Part shown: in pieces, positions 1 through 9,092 of the stretch
How positions within the stretch are numbered: position 1 is the stretch's first letter
Layout of the letters: each line of letters begins with the position of its first letter
DNA from: Prevotella phage Lak-C1
Sequence record: MK250029.1
Direction: 5' to 3' (one strand)
Length of the DNA: 32,000 nucleotides
Position numbers and translations under genes: made by a program
Notes under the pieces: generated by a model
Seen by the model: the letters and a program-made list of their open reading frames with translations, nothing else
Told to the model about the DNA's origin: nothing
Databases searched by the model: none

Positions 1-298
1 TTTTTACAGTTAATACACTATAATCATAATAAATCTTATCACCTACTGTAAGTTCAGAAGCTTTAACAGTTTTAGATTCACCATAATTATGAGTTTCTCT
101 ACGAAATTCATCCATACCTTCAATTGTAATTGGACAAATAGCTTCATAATGTTCTAATATCCATTCTTTACTACAATTGCCAGATACAAATTCAGGAGCA
201 CCATAGCCTTTTGGCAATCCTAAATAGTCCTTTACTTTAGACATATTATCTACATATTCTGATGCTTTATGCCACTTTATATTATTATTTGTATTCAT
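1..298 (-). CDS. Hypothetical protein, partial (runs off left edge)
   Basis: Open minus-strand frame from ATG at 298 (MNTNNNNIKWHKASEYVDNMSKVKDYLGLPKGYGAPEFV...) with no stop to the window edge. Confidence 0.6.
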   Translation of the reverse strand, partial: MNTNNNIKWHKASEYVDNMSKVKDYLGLPKGYGAPEFVSGNCSKEWILEHYEAICPITIEGMDEFRRETHNYGESKTVKASELTVGDKIYYDYSVLTVK

Positions 299-419
299 AA
301 TCTTTATTTTTTAATTGTTTATTATTTCATTAACAATACAAAGATACACATTTTATTTCAAATAAAAAAATCTTGGATAAAGAATATCCAAGATTTAAAA
401 TGATAATTTAAAATAATAA

Positions 420-2633
420 TTAATTATATGTATTTTCATACTCCAATAGTTTTTCCTTAGCATATTCTATTGTTATATGAAGTTGTTTTTCATCTGTTGC
501 TGGCATTTTATACATATCATCAGATAATAATGCTTCTACAATACCTCTTAAACCTCTTGCACCTAATTTATTCTTTATTGATAATTTAACAATATAATCA
601 TATACATCATCATCAATAATAAGTTCAATACCATCTAATTCAAATAATTTTTTGAATTGTTTTATAATTGCATTCTTAGGTTCAATCAATATTCTTTTCA
701 AATCTTCTTCTGATAATGGATTAAGATATGTAATAATTGGAAGACGTCCAATTAATTCCGGTATTAAACCAAAATTCTTAAAATCTTCAGCATTTGCATA
801 TTTAAGAATATTATTATTTTCTTTATCTTCTATATATTGTTTATTCTCTTCTTTAGATATAAAACCTAATGAAGATTTATTCATACGTCTTTCAATAATT
901 TTATCTAAACCTACAAAAGCACCTCCACAAATAAACAAAATATTTTTTGTATCAACTTGAACCATTTTTGCATCAGGATGTTTTCTGCCTCCCTTTGGCG
1001 GAACATTTACAACAGTACCTTCAATAATCTTAAGTAATGCCTGTTGAACACCTTCACCTGAAACATCTCTTGTTATAGACGGATTACCTCCAGACTTTCT
1101 TGCAATCTTATCACAATTACCAGTAACAGTAACAAAATTATTTTGACGAATCATTATCATACCACTAGGAACAGTAACACAATATACATCATCAGTAAAA
1201 TCTTTATATACTTTTAATAATTTACTGTGTTGAGACATATATTTTTTATTTTTTATTACACAACAATATGAAATATCATATCCTTTTTTATATCTATTAT
1301 GAATAGAACAACTCATACCAGAAGTATGAGCAATAGTTTGTATAAATAACATTTCATCTAATTTAGAACTTGTAAAATATATATTATCCTTATAATAATT
1401 TAATAATCCATCCCAATATCTTAATTCATTTAAGAATAATTTCTTTTGTCTTATAGATGCGGTTATTAAACAATCTAGACATAATGTTTTCTTTCCATCC
1501 TTAAAAAATGGCATATTAGATATATCACCAAAATAAAAATTATGGTAACTATTTTTTTCATTAAATGTATATGTATATTTTATATGTAAATTATTTAATA
1601 TTTCGCTTAATCTATTATATTTTCGTTCTTTTTTAACGGTTAAATAACCATATTTACCATTTTTTATACAACCATCTGCAGCAAATGCCACTATAAATTT
1701 TAACATATCATCAGATATATCTATATCATTTCCGTCAAAAATACCTGTAACCGGGAAATCATATCCTTGATTTAATGATTTTTCTGCAATTACTTTTTTA
1801 ATTATATATTTGTCTCTGTATTTGCCATGACTAATAACAACTCTATTATGATTTGGTGTAGATGTATGTATTATTTGACCTGTTTTTGAATTTTGCAATG
1901 ATAATAATCCATTTAAACACTTATGCTTTACTATCCTTTCAGAATTTACTAATGACATTGTGCTATCACTATTCCATTGCATTATCTTTGTAGAATCTGT
2001 TAAATCTTTAAAAGGAATAAAACCATTTTCTGTCATTACTTCAGTATTTCCATCAAAACATTCATCTAAAAAGACTATGCCATGTTCTGCTTTCTTAACA
2101 TCATAATCACATGCTTGAAGAAGTCTTGTAATAGAAGTTTCTACATCATCACCTACGTAACCTGCTTCTGTAATTGAATTGCAATCTACTATACTAATAG
2201 GCACATCTAACATTTTAGCTATAGACTTAACCAATAACGTTTTTCCAACGCCAGTTTCTCCACAAAGTATGCAATTTGACTTCTCAATTTCAACATCATC
2301 AAATCCTTTTTGCTTTATTCGTTTATAATGGTTATAAACTGCAACTGCTAATCTTTGTTTTGCTTTATCTTGTCCAATAACATATTGATCTAGAAATTCT
2401 TTAATCTCTGTAGGTTTCTTTACATCATCTTTATGAAATTCATCTTCTGGTATAAAATTTGTATTATGATTAATTATACTAAGATTCATATTGTATATTT
2501 GATCACAACACTCATTACATATACTACCAAATTCACCATTAAATAATAATGCAACATCTTTTTTTGTTTTACCACAAAATGAACATTTGTTTTCTTTATT
2601 TGTATCTTTATTTTTATCTTTCTTAACTGCCAT
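420..2633 (-). CDS. clpX: ATP-dependent Clp protease ATP-binding subunit ClpX, interrupted by an intein
   Basis: N-terminal zinc-binding domain ([11 protein letters not shown]...CNECC), Walker A (GETGVGKT), Walker B (GIVFLDE), GYVGDDVE, and [17 protein letters not shown] motifs. 315-aa insertion between FLDE and CDKIARK. Confidence 0.95.
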   Translation of the reverse strand: MAVKKDKNKDTNKENKCSFCGKTKKDVALLFNGEFGSICNECCDQIYNMNLSIINHNTNFIPEDEFHKDDVKKPTEIKEFLDQYVIGQDKAKQRLAVAVYNHYKRIKQKGFDDVEIEKSNCILCGETGVGKTLLVKSIAKMLDVPISIVDCNSITEAGYVGDDVETSITRLLQACDYDVKKAEHGIVFLDECFDGNTEVMTENGFIPFKDLTDSTKIMQWNSDSTMSLVNSERIVKHKCLNGLLSLQNSKTGQIIHTSTPNHNRVVISHGKYRDKYIIKKVIAEKSLNQGYDFPVTGIFDGNDIDISDDMLKFIVAFAADGCIKNGKYGYLTVKKERKYNRLSEILNNLHIKYTYTFNEKNSYHNFYFGDISNMPFFKDGKKTLCLDCLITASIRQKKLFLNELRYWDGLLNYYKDNIYFTSSKLDEMLFIQTIAHTSGMSCSIHNRYKKGYDISYCCVIKNKKYMSQHSKLLKVYKDFTDDVYCVTVPSGMIMIRQNNFVTVTGNCDKIARKSGGNPSITRDVSGEGVQQALLKIIEGTVVNVPPKGGRKHPDAKMVQVDTKNILFICGGAFVGLDKIIERRMNKSSLGFISKEENKQYIEDKENNNILKYANAEDFKNFGLIPELIGRLPIITYLNPLSEEDLKRILIEPKNAIIKQFKKLFELDGIELIIDDDVYDYIVKLSIKNKLGARGLRGIVEALLSDDMYKMPATDEKQLHITIEYAKEKLLEYENTYN
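1116..2060 (-). mobile_element. LAGLIDADG-type intein in ClpX (315 aa)
   Basis: Begins [20 protein letters not shown], has LAGLIDADG-like motifs [11 protein letters not shown] and ELRYWDG, ends NFVTVTGN followed by extein Cys. Confidence 0.9.
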
Positions 2634-2750
2634 AATTAAAAACTAAAACTTAAATAACTATAATAACAACATATATTATATATTATGTAATAAATAAAGT
2701 TTAAAAATAATACAAATAAATAACTAAGAACAAATTTATTAAAAAAAAGA

Positions 2751-4133
2751 ATGTAGACCATAAAAATTAAATATACAATAAACGATAATGATAAATTATT
2801 GCTTAATGATTATATTAGACAGTATAATCATGTATATCGTGTTGCATTTAATAATTTATAGTCACATAAGAAAAATAAATTATCCGAATTAACAAATTTA
2901 AACAATATAGATTTATTAGATAGTTGATTTATATAGTCTGCTAATTATGAAGTGAAAACTTTATATAAATTAGTTGGTGATAAAAAAGTTATATTTGGTG
3001 GAAGAAAAAACTTTATAAAAAGATGTTAGAATAAAATTTCATATGATGAATTTAATTCATATAGATTTCAACCATTATGTAGTTATGGTGAAAAGAAATC
3101 AGGTACGAAATCTGTTCATGGAAATAGAAAATTTAAATTATCAGATGACCTAATATTTATAACATTAAAATTAAAAGAAAGAAAAATTAAAATTAATCTA
3201 CCAAAATATTTACATTCAAATATCAAATATATACTTAAAAATGTATATGTACACCAAATATTAGATGATACACCTATTACATATAAAATAGATTATAATT
3301 ATGTATATATTCAGTTTGATGAATCTGTAATTTTAAATAAAAATAATAATTTAGATAAAATATAGAATCGCGTATTATCATTAGATTTAAATCCTAATTA
3401 TATAGGTTGGTCTATAGTTGATTGGAAGTCAGAGAATGAATTCAATGTTATCAAATCAGGTGTTTATTCTATAAAGAATTTAAATGATAAAGTTTTTAAT
3501 TTAAAAAATAAAGGTTACTCATCAGATTCTAGTGAAAGAAAATATATTTCAGATAAGCGTAATTTTGAGACAATATAGATAGTAAAGAATATAGTTAATA
3601 AATCTATATATTATAAATGTCAACTTATTTCTATAGAGGATTTAAATATTAAATCTTCAGATTTGAATAAAGGTAAGCGACTCAATAAGTTAATTAATAA
3701 TTCATGGTGTAGAAATACATTTGTAAATAATTTAACTAAAAGATGTAATATTCATAATATGAAATTATTAAAGGTTAAACCAGAATATTCAAGTTTTATT
3801 GGTAATTTCTTATATCGTTCATTAAATTTACCGGATATGATATTGGCTTCAATAGAAATAGGAAGACGAGGATATGAATTTTATAATCAATATATAAGTA
3901 AAGTAAAAGAAATTAAAAAGAATATAATAAAACCAGATCTAAATATGTTTAATAGATTGTATCTTAAGTCGTTGGAAGAATTTAAGTTACAACCAATATA
4001 CAAAGATTTGATTGAATTATATTACTTCTTCAAAAAGTCTAAAATGATGTATAGACTTTCTATAGATTAGTTTAATCTATAGTTTTCTAGCTTATTTTCG
4101 AATACTTCATATATAGGGTATTTTTGTTTTTAA
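2751..4133 (+). CDS. TnpB/Cas12-like RuvC nuclease (code 15; in-frame TGA at 2925-2927)
   Basis: With TAG=Gln the frame is open except for one TGA. RuvC-I VLSLDLNPNYIGWSIVDW, RuvC-II CQLISIEDLNI, RuvC-III PEYSSFIGNFLYRSLNLPDMILASIEIGRRG. 3' boundary uncertain: reads to TAA at 4133; a TAG at 4068 may be near the real end. Confidence 0.75.
3960..4088 (+). ncRNA. Putative omegaRNA/right-end-like structured module overlapping the 3' end of the TnpB-like gene
   Basis: 34-nt core at 3960-3993 identical to 8804-8837; 8-bp hairpin (about 4034-4059); adjacent 10-bp hairpin CTATAGATTA-gtt-TAATCTATAG (4060-4082); then TTTTCT. Confidence 0.55.
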
Positions 4134-4248
4134 AATTATACATAATGATATAGTTTATTAAAAAACATTATAAAATAAGTACATTATAGTCAAAAATTTG
4201 TTAATTGTTTATTCTATAAATAATAAAAATAAGCTAATAATTAAATAT

Positions 4249-4446
4249 ATGAAAAATAATAAAAAGTCTCCTATTAAAAATAAAAATATAAAAGGAAAAA
4301 TAGGTTCTGAAGGCGGTTATTATATTGATAACTGTCCTGTTTTAATTCCTAAAGAAAATATTAAATTTTTTACTGCAATGCAAAAAGCATGTTCAGTCAA
4401 TCCATATGGAAATTATGGAAATGCATATAATAAGAAATTATTGTAA
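4249..4446 (+). CDS. Small hypothetical protein
   Basis: MKNNKKSPIKNKNIKGKIGSEGGYYIDNCPVLIPKENIKFFTAMQKACSVNPYGNYGNAYNKKLL. Confidence 0.6.
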   Translation: MKNNKKSPIKNKNIKGKIGSEGGYYIDNCPVLIPKENIKFFTAMQKACSVNPYGNYGNAYNKKLL

Positions 4447-4452
4447 TAAAAA

Positions 4453-4496
4453 AGAAGATATAAGTTTTTCAAAATTAACTTATATCTTCTTTTTAT
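4453..4496. terminator. Bidirectional intrinsic terminator between convergent genes
   Basis: Long inverted repeat AGAAGATATAAGTT / AACTTATATCTTCT followed by TTTT. Confidence 0.85.
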
Positions 4497-4518
4497 TTTA
4501 TATTATATTAATTTATAA

Positions 4519-5067
4519 TTAAAATTTTAAACCATTCATCATTTCAAAAACCTTAATCTTATTATTAATTCCATAAATAATATTATCAATAGTTGAAATA
4601 GTATCTTTCATATATTTACAAAAATTATCTAATAAATCTACTGATTCTTTTTCTGCAGACAACTGAGATTCTATTTGTAAATTAATAGCACTTTCATTTG
4701 TATAACGAATACCAGAAGATCCTGATTTCAAAGCTAAATATATACTTGATGCTTTTGTTTTATAATCTCTTGTTTGTTTACTTAAAATTTTTGCTGTTCC
4801 ATAAAATAAATCTATTGCTTCTTGTCTTTTCAAATAAACTTCATTCATTAATCCATCTATAGATTTAAGATCTTTCATACGTTCATTAAGAGACTTTATA
4901 ATATCAGTCCATTTATCCTGTAAATTTGTTAATGAATTTTCCAAAGAATTCTGCTGTTGTGTATTTGTTTGTACAGATGTATTATTAACACCAGAATTAT
5001 TTTGAATTGAATTATTATCTATATTATTTATTGTATTATTATCTTGCTGTGTATTTTCTTCATTCAT
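4519..5067 (-). CDS. Coiled-coil protein, possibly UvsY-like recombination mediator
   Basis: 182-aa ORF; Gln/Asn-rich N-terminus, helical remainder (DKWTDIIKSLNERMKDL...RYTNESAINLQIESQL...NTISTIDNIIYGI). The UvsY resemblance is a weak impression. Confidence 0.6.
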   Translation of the reverse strand: MNEENTQQDNNTINNIDNNSIQNNSGVNNTSVQTNTQQQNSLENSLTNLQDKWTDIIKSLNERMKDLKSIDGLMNEVYLKRQEAIDLFYGTAKILSKQTRDYKTKASSIYLALKSGSSGIRYTNESAINLQIESQLSAEKESVDLLDNFCKYMKDTISTIDNIIYGINNKIKVFEMMNGLKF

Positions 5068-5315
5068 ATAATTAAAGAACTATTCTTTATACATTATATA
5101 TATAATAAAAAATAAAGTCTTAAATGAATAATTTAATTAAAATCATATTTTAAAAATAATTTCAATCTCTAAAAGGAAATACCTTCTGAAAAAGAAAGAA
5201 TCAAAGAAAAAGTAATCAAAAAGAAAAGAACCAAAAGAAAATTAATTTTTCAATTTTAAATAAAATCTTTATTTAATTTTTAAATATCTATCATTACCTT
5301 AATATCTTAATATTA

Positions 5316-5410
5316 ATTATACTTGAGTTTTGTGAAAAAGTCTACATTTTTGTGAAAAAAGTTTAATAAAAATTAAAAATAATTTATAACTAATTAATAA
5401 TCAATAATAT
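5316..5410 (+). repeat. Direct repeat copy 1 (putative phage-specific regulatory element)
   Basis: ATTATACT..TTTTGTGAAAAAGTCTACATTTTTGTGAAAAA..AATAATTTATAA; about 95 nt, similar to 5601-5690. Confidence 0.7.
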
Positions 5411-5600
5411 TTATATGATAATTTATACAAATTCTAAATAATATAATAAAAAATACTTACATTTCCGAAAGACTTACCTTACTAAATTCTATTAAATTAA
5501 ATAAATAGAATAAAAATTAAATTAAAATTATAAATTTATAAATTAAATTTTTTCATATATTATATATAGATCTATCACAACCTTAAATACTAACATATTT

Positions 5601-5690
5601 ATTATACTGGGCTTTTGAGAAAAAGTCTACATTTTTGAGAAATATTTTTAATAAATTCTAAAAATAATTTATAAGTAATTGAAAATCAAA
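5601..5690 (+). repeat. Direct repeat copy 2, immediately upstream of the baseplate gene
   Basis: ATTATACT..TTTTGAGAAAAAGTCTACATTTTTGAGAAA..AAAATAATTTATAA. Confidence 0.7.
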
Positions 5691-5702
5691 TAATTTAGAT
5701 AT

Positions 5703-6473
5703 ATGAGCATTAGCAAAAATAATACAAAACAAGTAAAAACAGGTGTAGTTGAATCAATAGATGATCCTACATGTTCTGGACGTGTGAAAGTGAGAGTTGC
5801 TGGATTACATGATAACATAGCAACAGAGAATTTACCATGGTGTAATTATGCTGGTTCTGGTATGTTTTCAGGATCAGGTGGCGGTTAGATTTCAATACCA
5901 CGTGTAGGAACAAAAGTAAGAGTAAGATTTGCATAGGATGATGTTAATGCAATGGAATGGTATGGTACAAATTCAATAGATAGAAAATTATCAGAAGAAA
6001 TTGCTTCGGATTATGAAGGTTCATAGGTTCTTCTTTATGATTCTGAATATGATTTGTCTATCAAGTTTCAACCTGGTTCTGGATTGGCATTTTATTATAA
6101 AGGTTCATATATGCAAATGACACCTGATAATACTATAACTATTCATTATGGACCTGATGAAACAACAGGTGTTTAGATTTAGTTAACAGATGGAAAAGTT
6201 TATATATAGGCACCATAGCAGATTAATATAACATCTGGAAATGAAGTTAATATTGAAGGGAAGATTATAACTTTAAATGGAACATCTGCAGTTCGTATAA
6301 AAGGAACAACACCGAATACATGTGCTGTCAATGCGACACAACTTATGACATTGTTACAGACAATGGCGACAAACATAGATACAAAATTAGGATAGTCAAA
6401 ATCTGGTATTTGCGCTGCTACTGTTTCCGGTTCTAAAGAGAAAATAATGAATCAACATATCCTTTATATTTAA
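5703..6473 (+). CDS. Baseplate spike/hub protein with gp5/VgrG-like OB fold (code 15)
   Basis: VKTGVVESIDDPTCSGRVKVRVAGLHD...LPWCNYAG...GGQISIPRVGTKVRVRFAQ, followed by beta-helix-like repeats; open only with TAG=Gln; 256 aa. Confidence 0.8.
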
Positions 6474-6650
6474 TAATGTACACGTACATTATATAGTATT
6501 AGAATGAGATATTTTCATTGTTACAGTATACTTATACTGGATCAAGAAAAACATTAAAAAATTGAGAGATTTCTTATGTTTTTCTTATGTTTTTGAAGAA
6601 AAAATATAAGTTTTTTGAGATATTATTTTTTATTATGGAAAAATATGTGT

Positions 6651-6658
6651 ATCTTTGT
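6651..6658 (+). promoter_or_regulatory. Bacteroidetes-type -7 element TATCTTTG
   Basis: Matches the TAnnTTTG consensus, 46 bp upstream of the ORF at 6705. Confidence 0.6.
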
Positions 6659-6704
6659 ATTGTGATTAAAAAATAAAAGATATAACAATTAAAAAATAAA
6701 AAAT

Positions 6705-7355
6705 ATGAGTACAATTAAAGATATTTTCGTTGGTAAGAAAACTCGTAATTCAATCTATACAGCAGATGCTATTAAAAATCTGCTTGTGAAGATTGCATGT
6801 GGTAAGACAAAGTATAATCTTACTACAAAGACTGGTAAGAAGTGCTTCTACAATGAAGTTTATCATGCAATGGGCAAGTATTTCATGTTGGATATTGTGA
6901 ATAAGAATCTGAAAGAATTCGGTATTGGTTCTGAAGAATCACTTGCAACAGCATTTATTGATAATAAAGAATTTCTTATTAATGAATGTAAGTTGAATCT
7001 TTCAGGTTTGGTTATTGAATCAAAATTTGAAAAGAAGGCAAAGGCATACATTAAGAAGTATGGAAATGGAATTGTACCGCCAACTGATGATAATGAATCT
7101 AAACTTTCAGATTTGGAACGTTGTGTTGTTGTACGAACAAAGTATGGTACACATGACCCGTTGATGTATACTATTAAAGGTGCATTAACAACAGATATTG
7201 CAGATAGTGTGAAAGCTATGTATGCATATGAATCAGGTTGTAATTATTATGAGGCTCGACCAATTCTTTATACTACATGGATTAATCTTCCAGATGAATA
7301 TAAAAATGCATCTCGTCCATGTGAAGAGGATGATTTGAAGAACGTAAATGAGTAA
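6705..7355 (+). CDS. Hypothetical phage protein
   Basis: 216-aa ORF, no TAG codons, own terminator. Confidence 0.8.
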   Translation: MSTIKDIFVGKKTRNSIYTADAIKNLLVKIACGKTKYNLTTKTGKKCFYNEVYHAMGKYFMLDIVNKNLKEFGIGSEESLATAFIDNKEFLINECKLNLSGLVIESKFEKKAKAYIKKYGNGIVPPTDDNESKLSDLERCVVVRTKYGTHDPLMYTIKGALTTDIADSVKAMYAYESGCNYYEARPILYTTWINLPDEYKNASRPCEEDDLKNVNE

Positions 7356-7365
7356 TATAAAACAA

Positions 7366-7408
7366 AAAGAAATGTTTAGAATATAAATATCTAAACATTT
7401 CTTTTTTT
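7366..7408. terminator. Intrinsic terminator
   Basis: AAAGAAATGTTTAGA / TCTAAACATTTCTTT with T tail. Confidence 0.85.
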
Positions 7409-7414
7409 ATTAAT

Positions 7415-7945
7415 ATGACAGATAGAAAGTATATTAAATATGTAATTGATGAAGTTGTATTCAGAGAATTTCCAGATGAAGTTACATTGGCATTAAATAT
7501 ATCAGGTTGTCCTAATCATTGTCCTGGTTGTCATTCATCATATTTAGCAAATGATATAGGTACTGAATTAACAGAAGATGTATTGGATAAACTAATTAAT
7601 GATAATAAAGGTATTACCTGTATAGGTTTTATGGGTGGTGATAATAACCCTAAAGAAGTTGTAAGATTATCTATGTATGTTAAAGAGAAATATCCAAATT
7701 TACATACAGGTTGGTATTCTGGTAGAGAAGTATTTCCATTACATCATGGTACTTTTGATTATATTAAATTAGGACCATGGAAAGAAGAATGTGGACCGTT
7801 AACATCAAAGACTACAAATCAGGTTATGTATATGAAGGTAGATGGTGGTATAGATAATCCAATATTTGTTGATATTACAAAGAAAGCATTTCAGTCAGCA
7901 AAACCATGGGAAACTGATTATTTGGAGAATAATGACAATGTGTAA
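7415..7945 (+). CDS. nrdG: Anaerobic ribonucleotide reductase activating protein (radical SAM)
   Basis: CPNHCPGCHSSYLANDIGTELTED, GITCIGFMGGDNNP, YIKLGPW. Confidence 0.9.
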   Translation: MTDRKYIKYVIDEVVFREFPDEVTLALNISGCPNHCPGCHSSYLANDIGTELTEDVLDKLINDNKGITCIGFMGGDNNPKEVVRLSMYVKEKYPNLHTGWYSGREVFPLHHGTFDYIKLGPWKEECGPLTSKTTNQVMYMKVDGGIDNPIFVDITKKAFQSAKPWETDYLENNDNV

Positions 7946-7947
7946 AA

Positions 7948-8046
7948 ATGAAAGGTAAATGTTACAAATTACATATAGTTTTGAGTAAATTAACAGATCT
8001 AGATCAGAAAATGATCCATTTTTATGCTGAAAAGCATGTTTTTTGA
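7948..8046 (+). CDS. Very small hypothetical protein
   Basis: MKGKCYKLHIVLSKLTDLDQKMIHFYAEKHVF, ends TGA. Confidence 0.3.
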   Translation: MKGKCYKLHIVLSKLTDLDQKMIHFYAEKHVF

Positions 8047-8189
8047 AAACAATTAGATAAATAAAATGTAAGATAGTTAAAGAATTTGATTATAGATAGT
8101 TATTAAAATAAATTACAAATATATAAAGAAATTAAAAAACGGTTTTCACAAACAGTTTTCTAAAATTAAAAATAAATTAAATTTACGTT

Positions 8190-8294
8190 ATGAGAACAAT
8201 TATGAACGCAGTTAAGAATGCTTGGACAGCATACTGTAATGGTAATTACGAAATGAATAAGGCAGTTTATGAAGCAGGACTTATTCTTATGTAA
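8190..8294 (+). CDS. Small protein, paralogue-like pair member 1
   Basis: MRTIMNAVKNAWTAYCNGNYEMNKAVYEAGLILM; preceded by AAATTAAATTTACGTTA leader. Confidence 0.45.
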   Translation: MRTIMNAVKNAWTAYCNGNYEMNKAVYEAGLILM

Positions 8295-8361
8295 TTTAAA
8301 AAATTGATAGTTAAAAAAGATAGTTAGAAAAATTTTAAAATTAAATTTACGTTAGTTGATT

Positions 8362-8508
8362 ATGAAAAGAATTTTTAGTTTATTGAAGCGTGCTGGTAAA
8401 GCATACTGCAAAGCATATACAGAAGCTAATACTATTAAATTAGGTAATGGTGAAGTTGCATATTTAGCAGGTGGTTGCGGTAATATGAGCATTGTATATG
8501 TAGCTTAA
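8362..8508 (+). CDS. Small protein, paralogue-like pair member 2
   Basis: MKRIFSLLKRAGKAYCKAYTEANTIKLGNGEVAYLAGGCGNMSIVYVA; preceded by ATTAAATTTACGTTA leader. Confidence 0.45.
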   Translation: MKRIFSLLKRAGKAYCKAYTEANTIKLGNGEVAYLAGGCGNMSIVYVA

Positions 8509-8774
8509 TTTTTTAAGCAAAGATGAAGTATTTTTATTGACACACATTCAAATGAGCAATACGGCTCATTTGATTCGGTTATGGTTGGATTCCATATAAA
8601 TAGTAAAATTATTTAGTGTTTTGCGATGTATTCATCTTTATTTTTAGAAAGTTATTTAATCCTTAATGGATATTCATATAATATATAAATTATAATATTT
8701 TACAATTTATATATTTTTTATAAAATTCCTAATTTTATAAATTATTTAGATAAATAATAAAAGAATATAGTGAG

Positions 8775-8926
8775 ACTAAATTTAAATACGTTTTTACAAG
8801 TTATATCTTAAGTCGTTGGAAGAATTTAAGTTACAACTTATGTATATTAAATTTAGTTTGATTTATATTTATAAAAAAGATAAGATTTAGATAATTATCT
8901 TTCTATATATTTGATATATAGTTTTC
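8775..8926 (+). ncRNA. Solo omegaRNA-like module (copy of the TnpB 3' module)
   Basis: 11-bp outer stem ACTAAATTTAA/TTAAATTTAGT (8775-8785 / 8847-8857) enclosing the 34-nt core identical to 3960-3993, then an 8-bp hairpin (8876-8902), 8-bp hairpin CTATATAT-ttg-ATATATAG (8903-8921), then TTTTCT. Confidence 0.6.
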
Positions 8927-9092
8927 TCAGGTTAACTTCACATATATTATGAAAGTTATATATGTTATTAAGTTAAATATCTTATAATCATATCAATAGT
9001 AATATAAAAGAGGAAATAGTTTAATGTTAAAAAACTATTTCCTCTTTTTTTAATATAATAAACATAATAAAAAGTAATAGATTACTTAAATA

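Noticed and set aside
652-960. Antisense ORFs in the supplied track (e.g. 652..960 +, 10786..11031 -, 16490..16765 -, 23261..23569 -, 30200..30607 -)
   Set aside because: They lie opposite well-supported genes, have no recognisable motifs, and are explained by AT-rich codon usage.
8015-8050. ATGC-tgaaaa-GCAT + TTTTTT as a special element
   Set aside because: Short stem with T tract, best explained as a weak intrinsic terminator.
2751-9060. CRISPR array linked to the Cas12/TnpB-like gene
   Set aside because: No regularly spaced repeats. Only two copies of the structured module exist, 4.8 kb apart.
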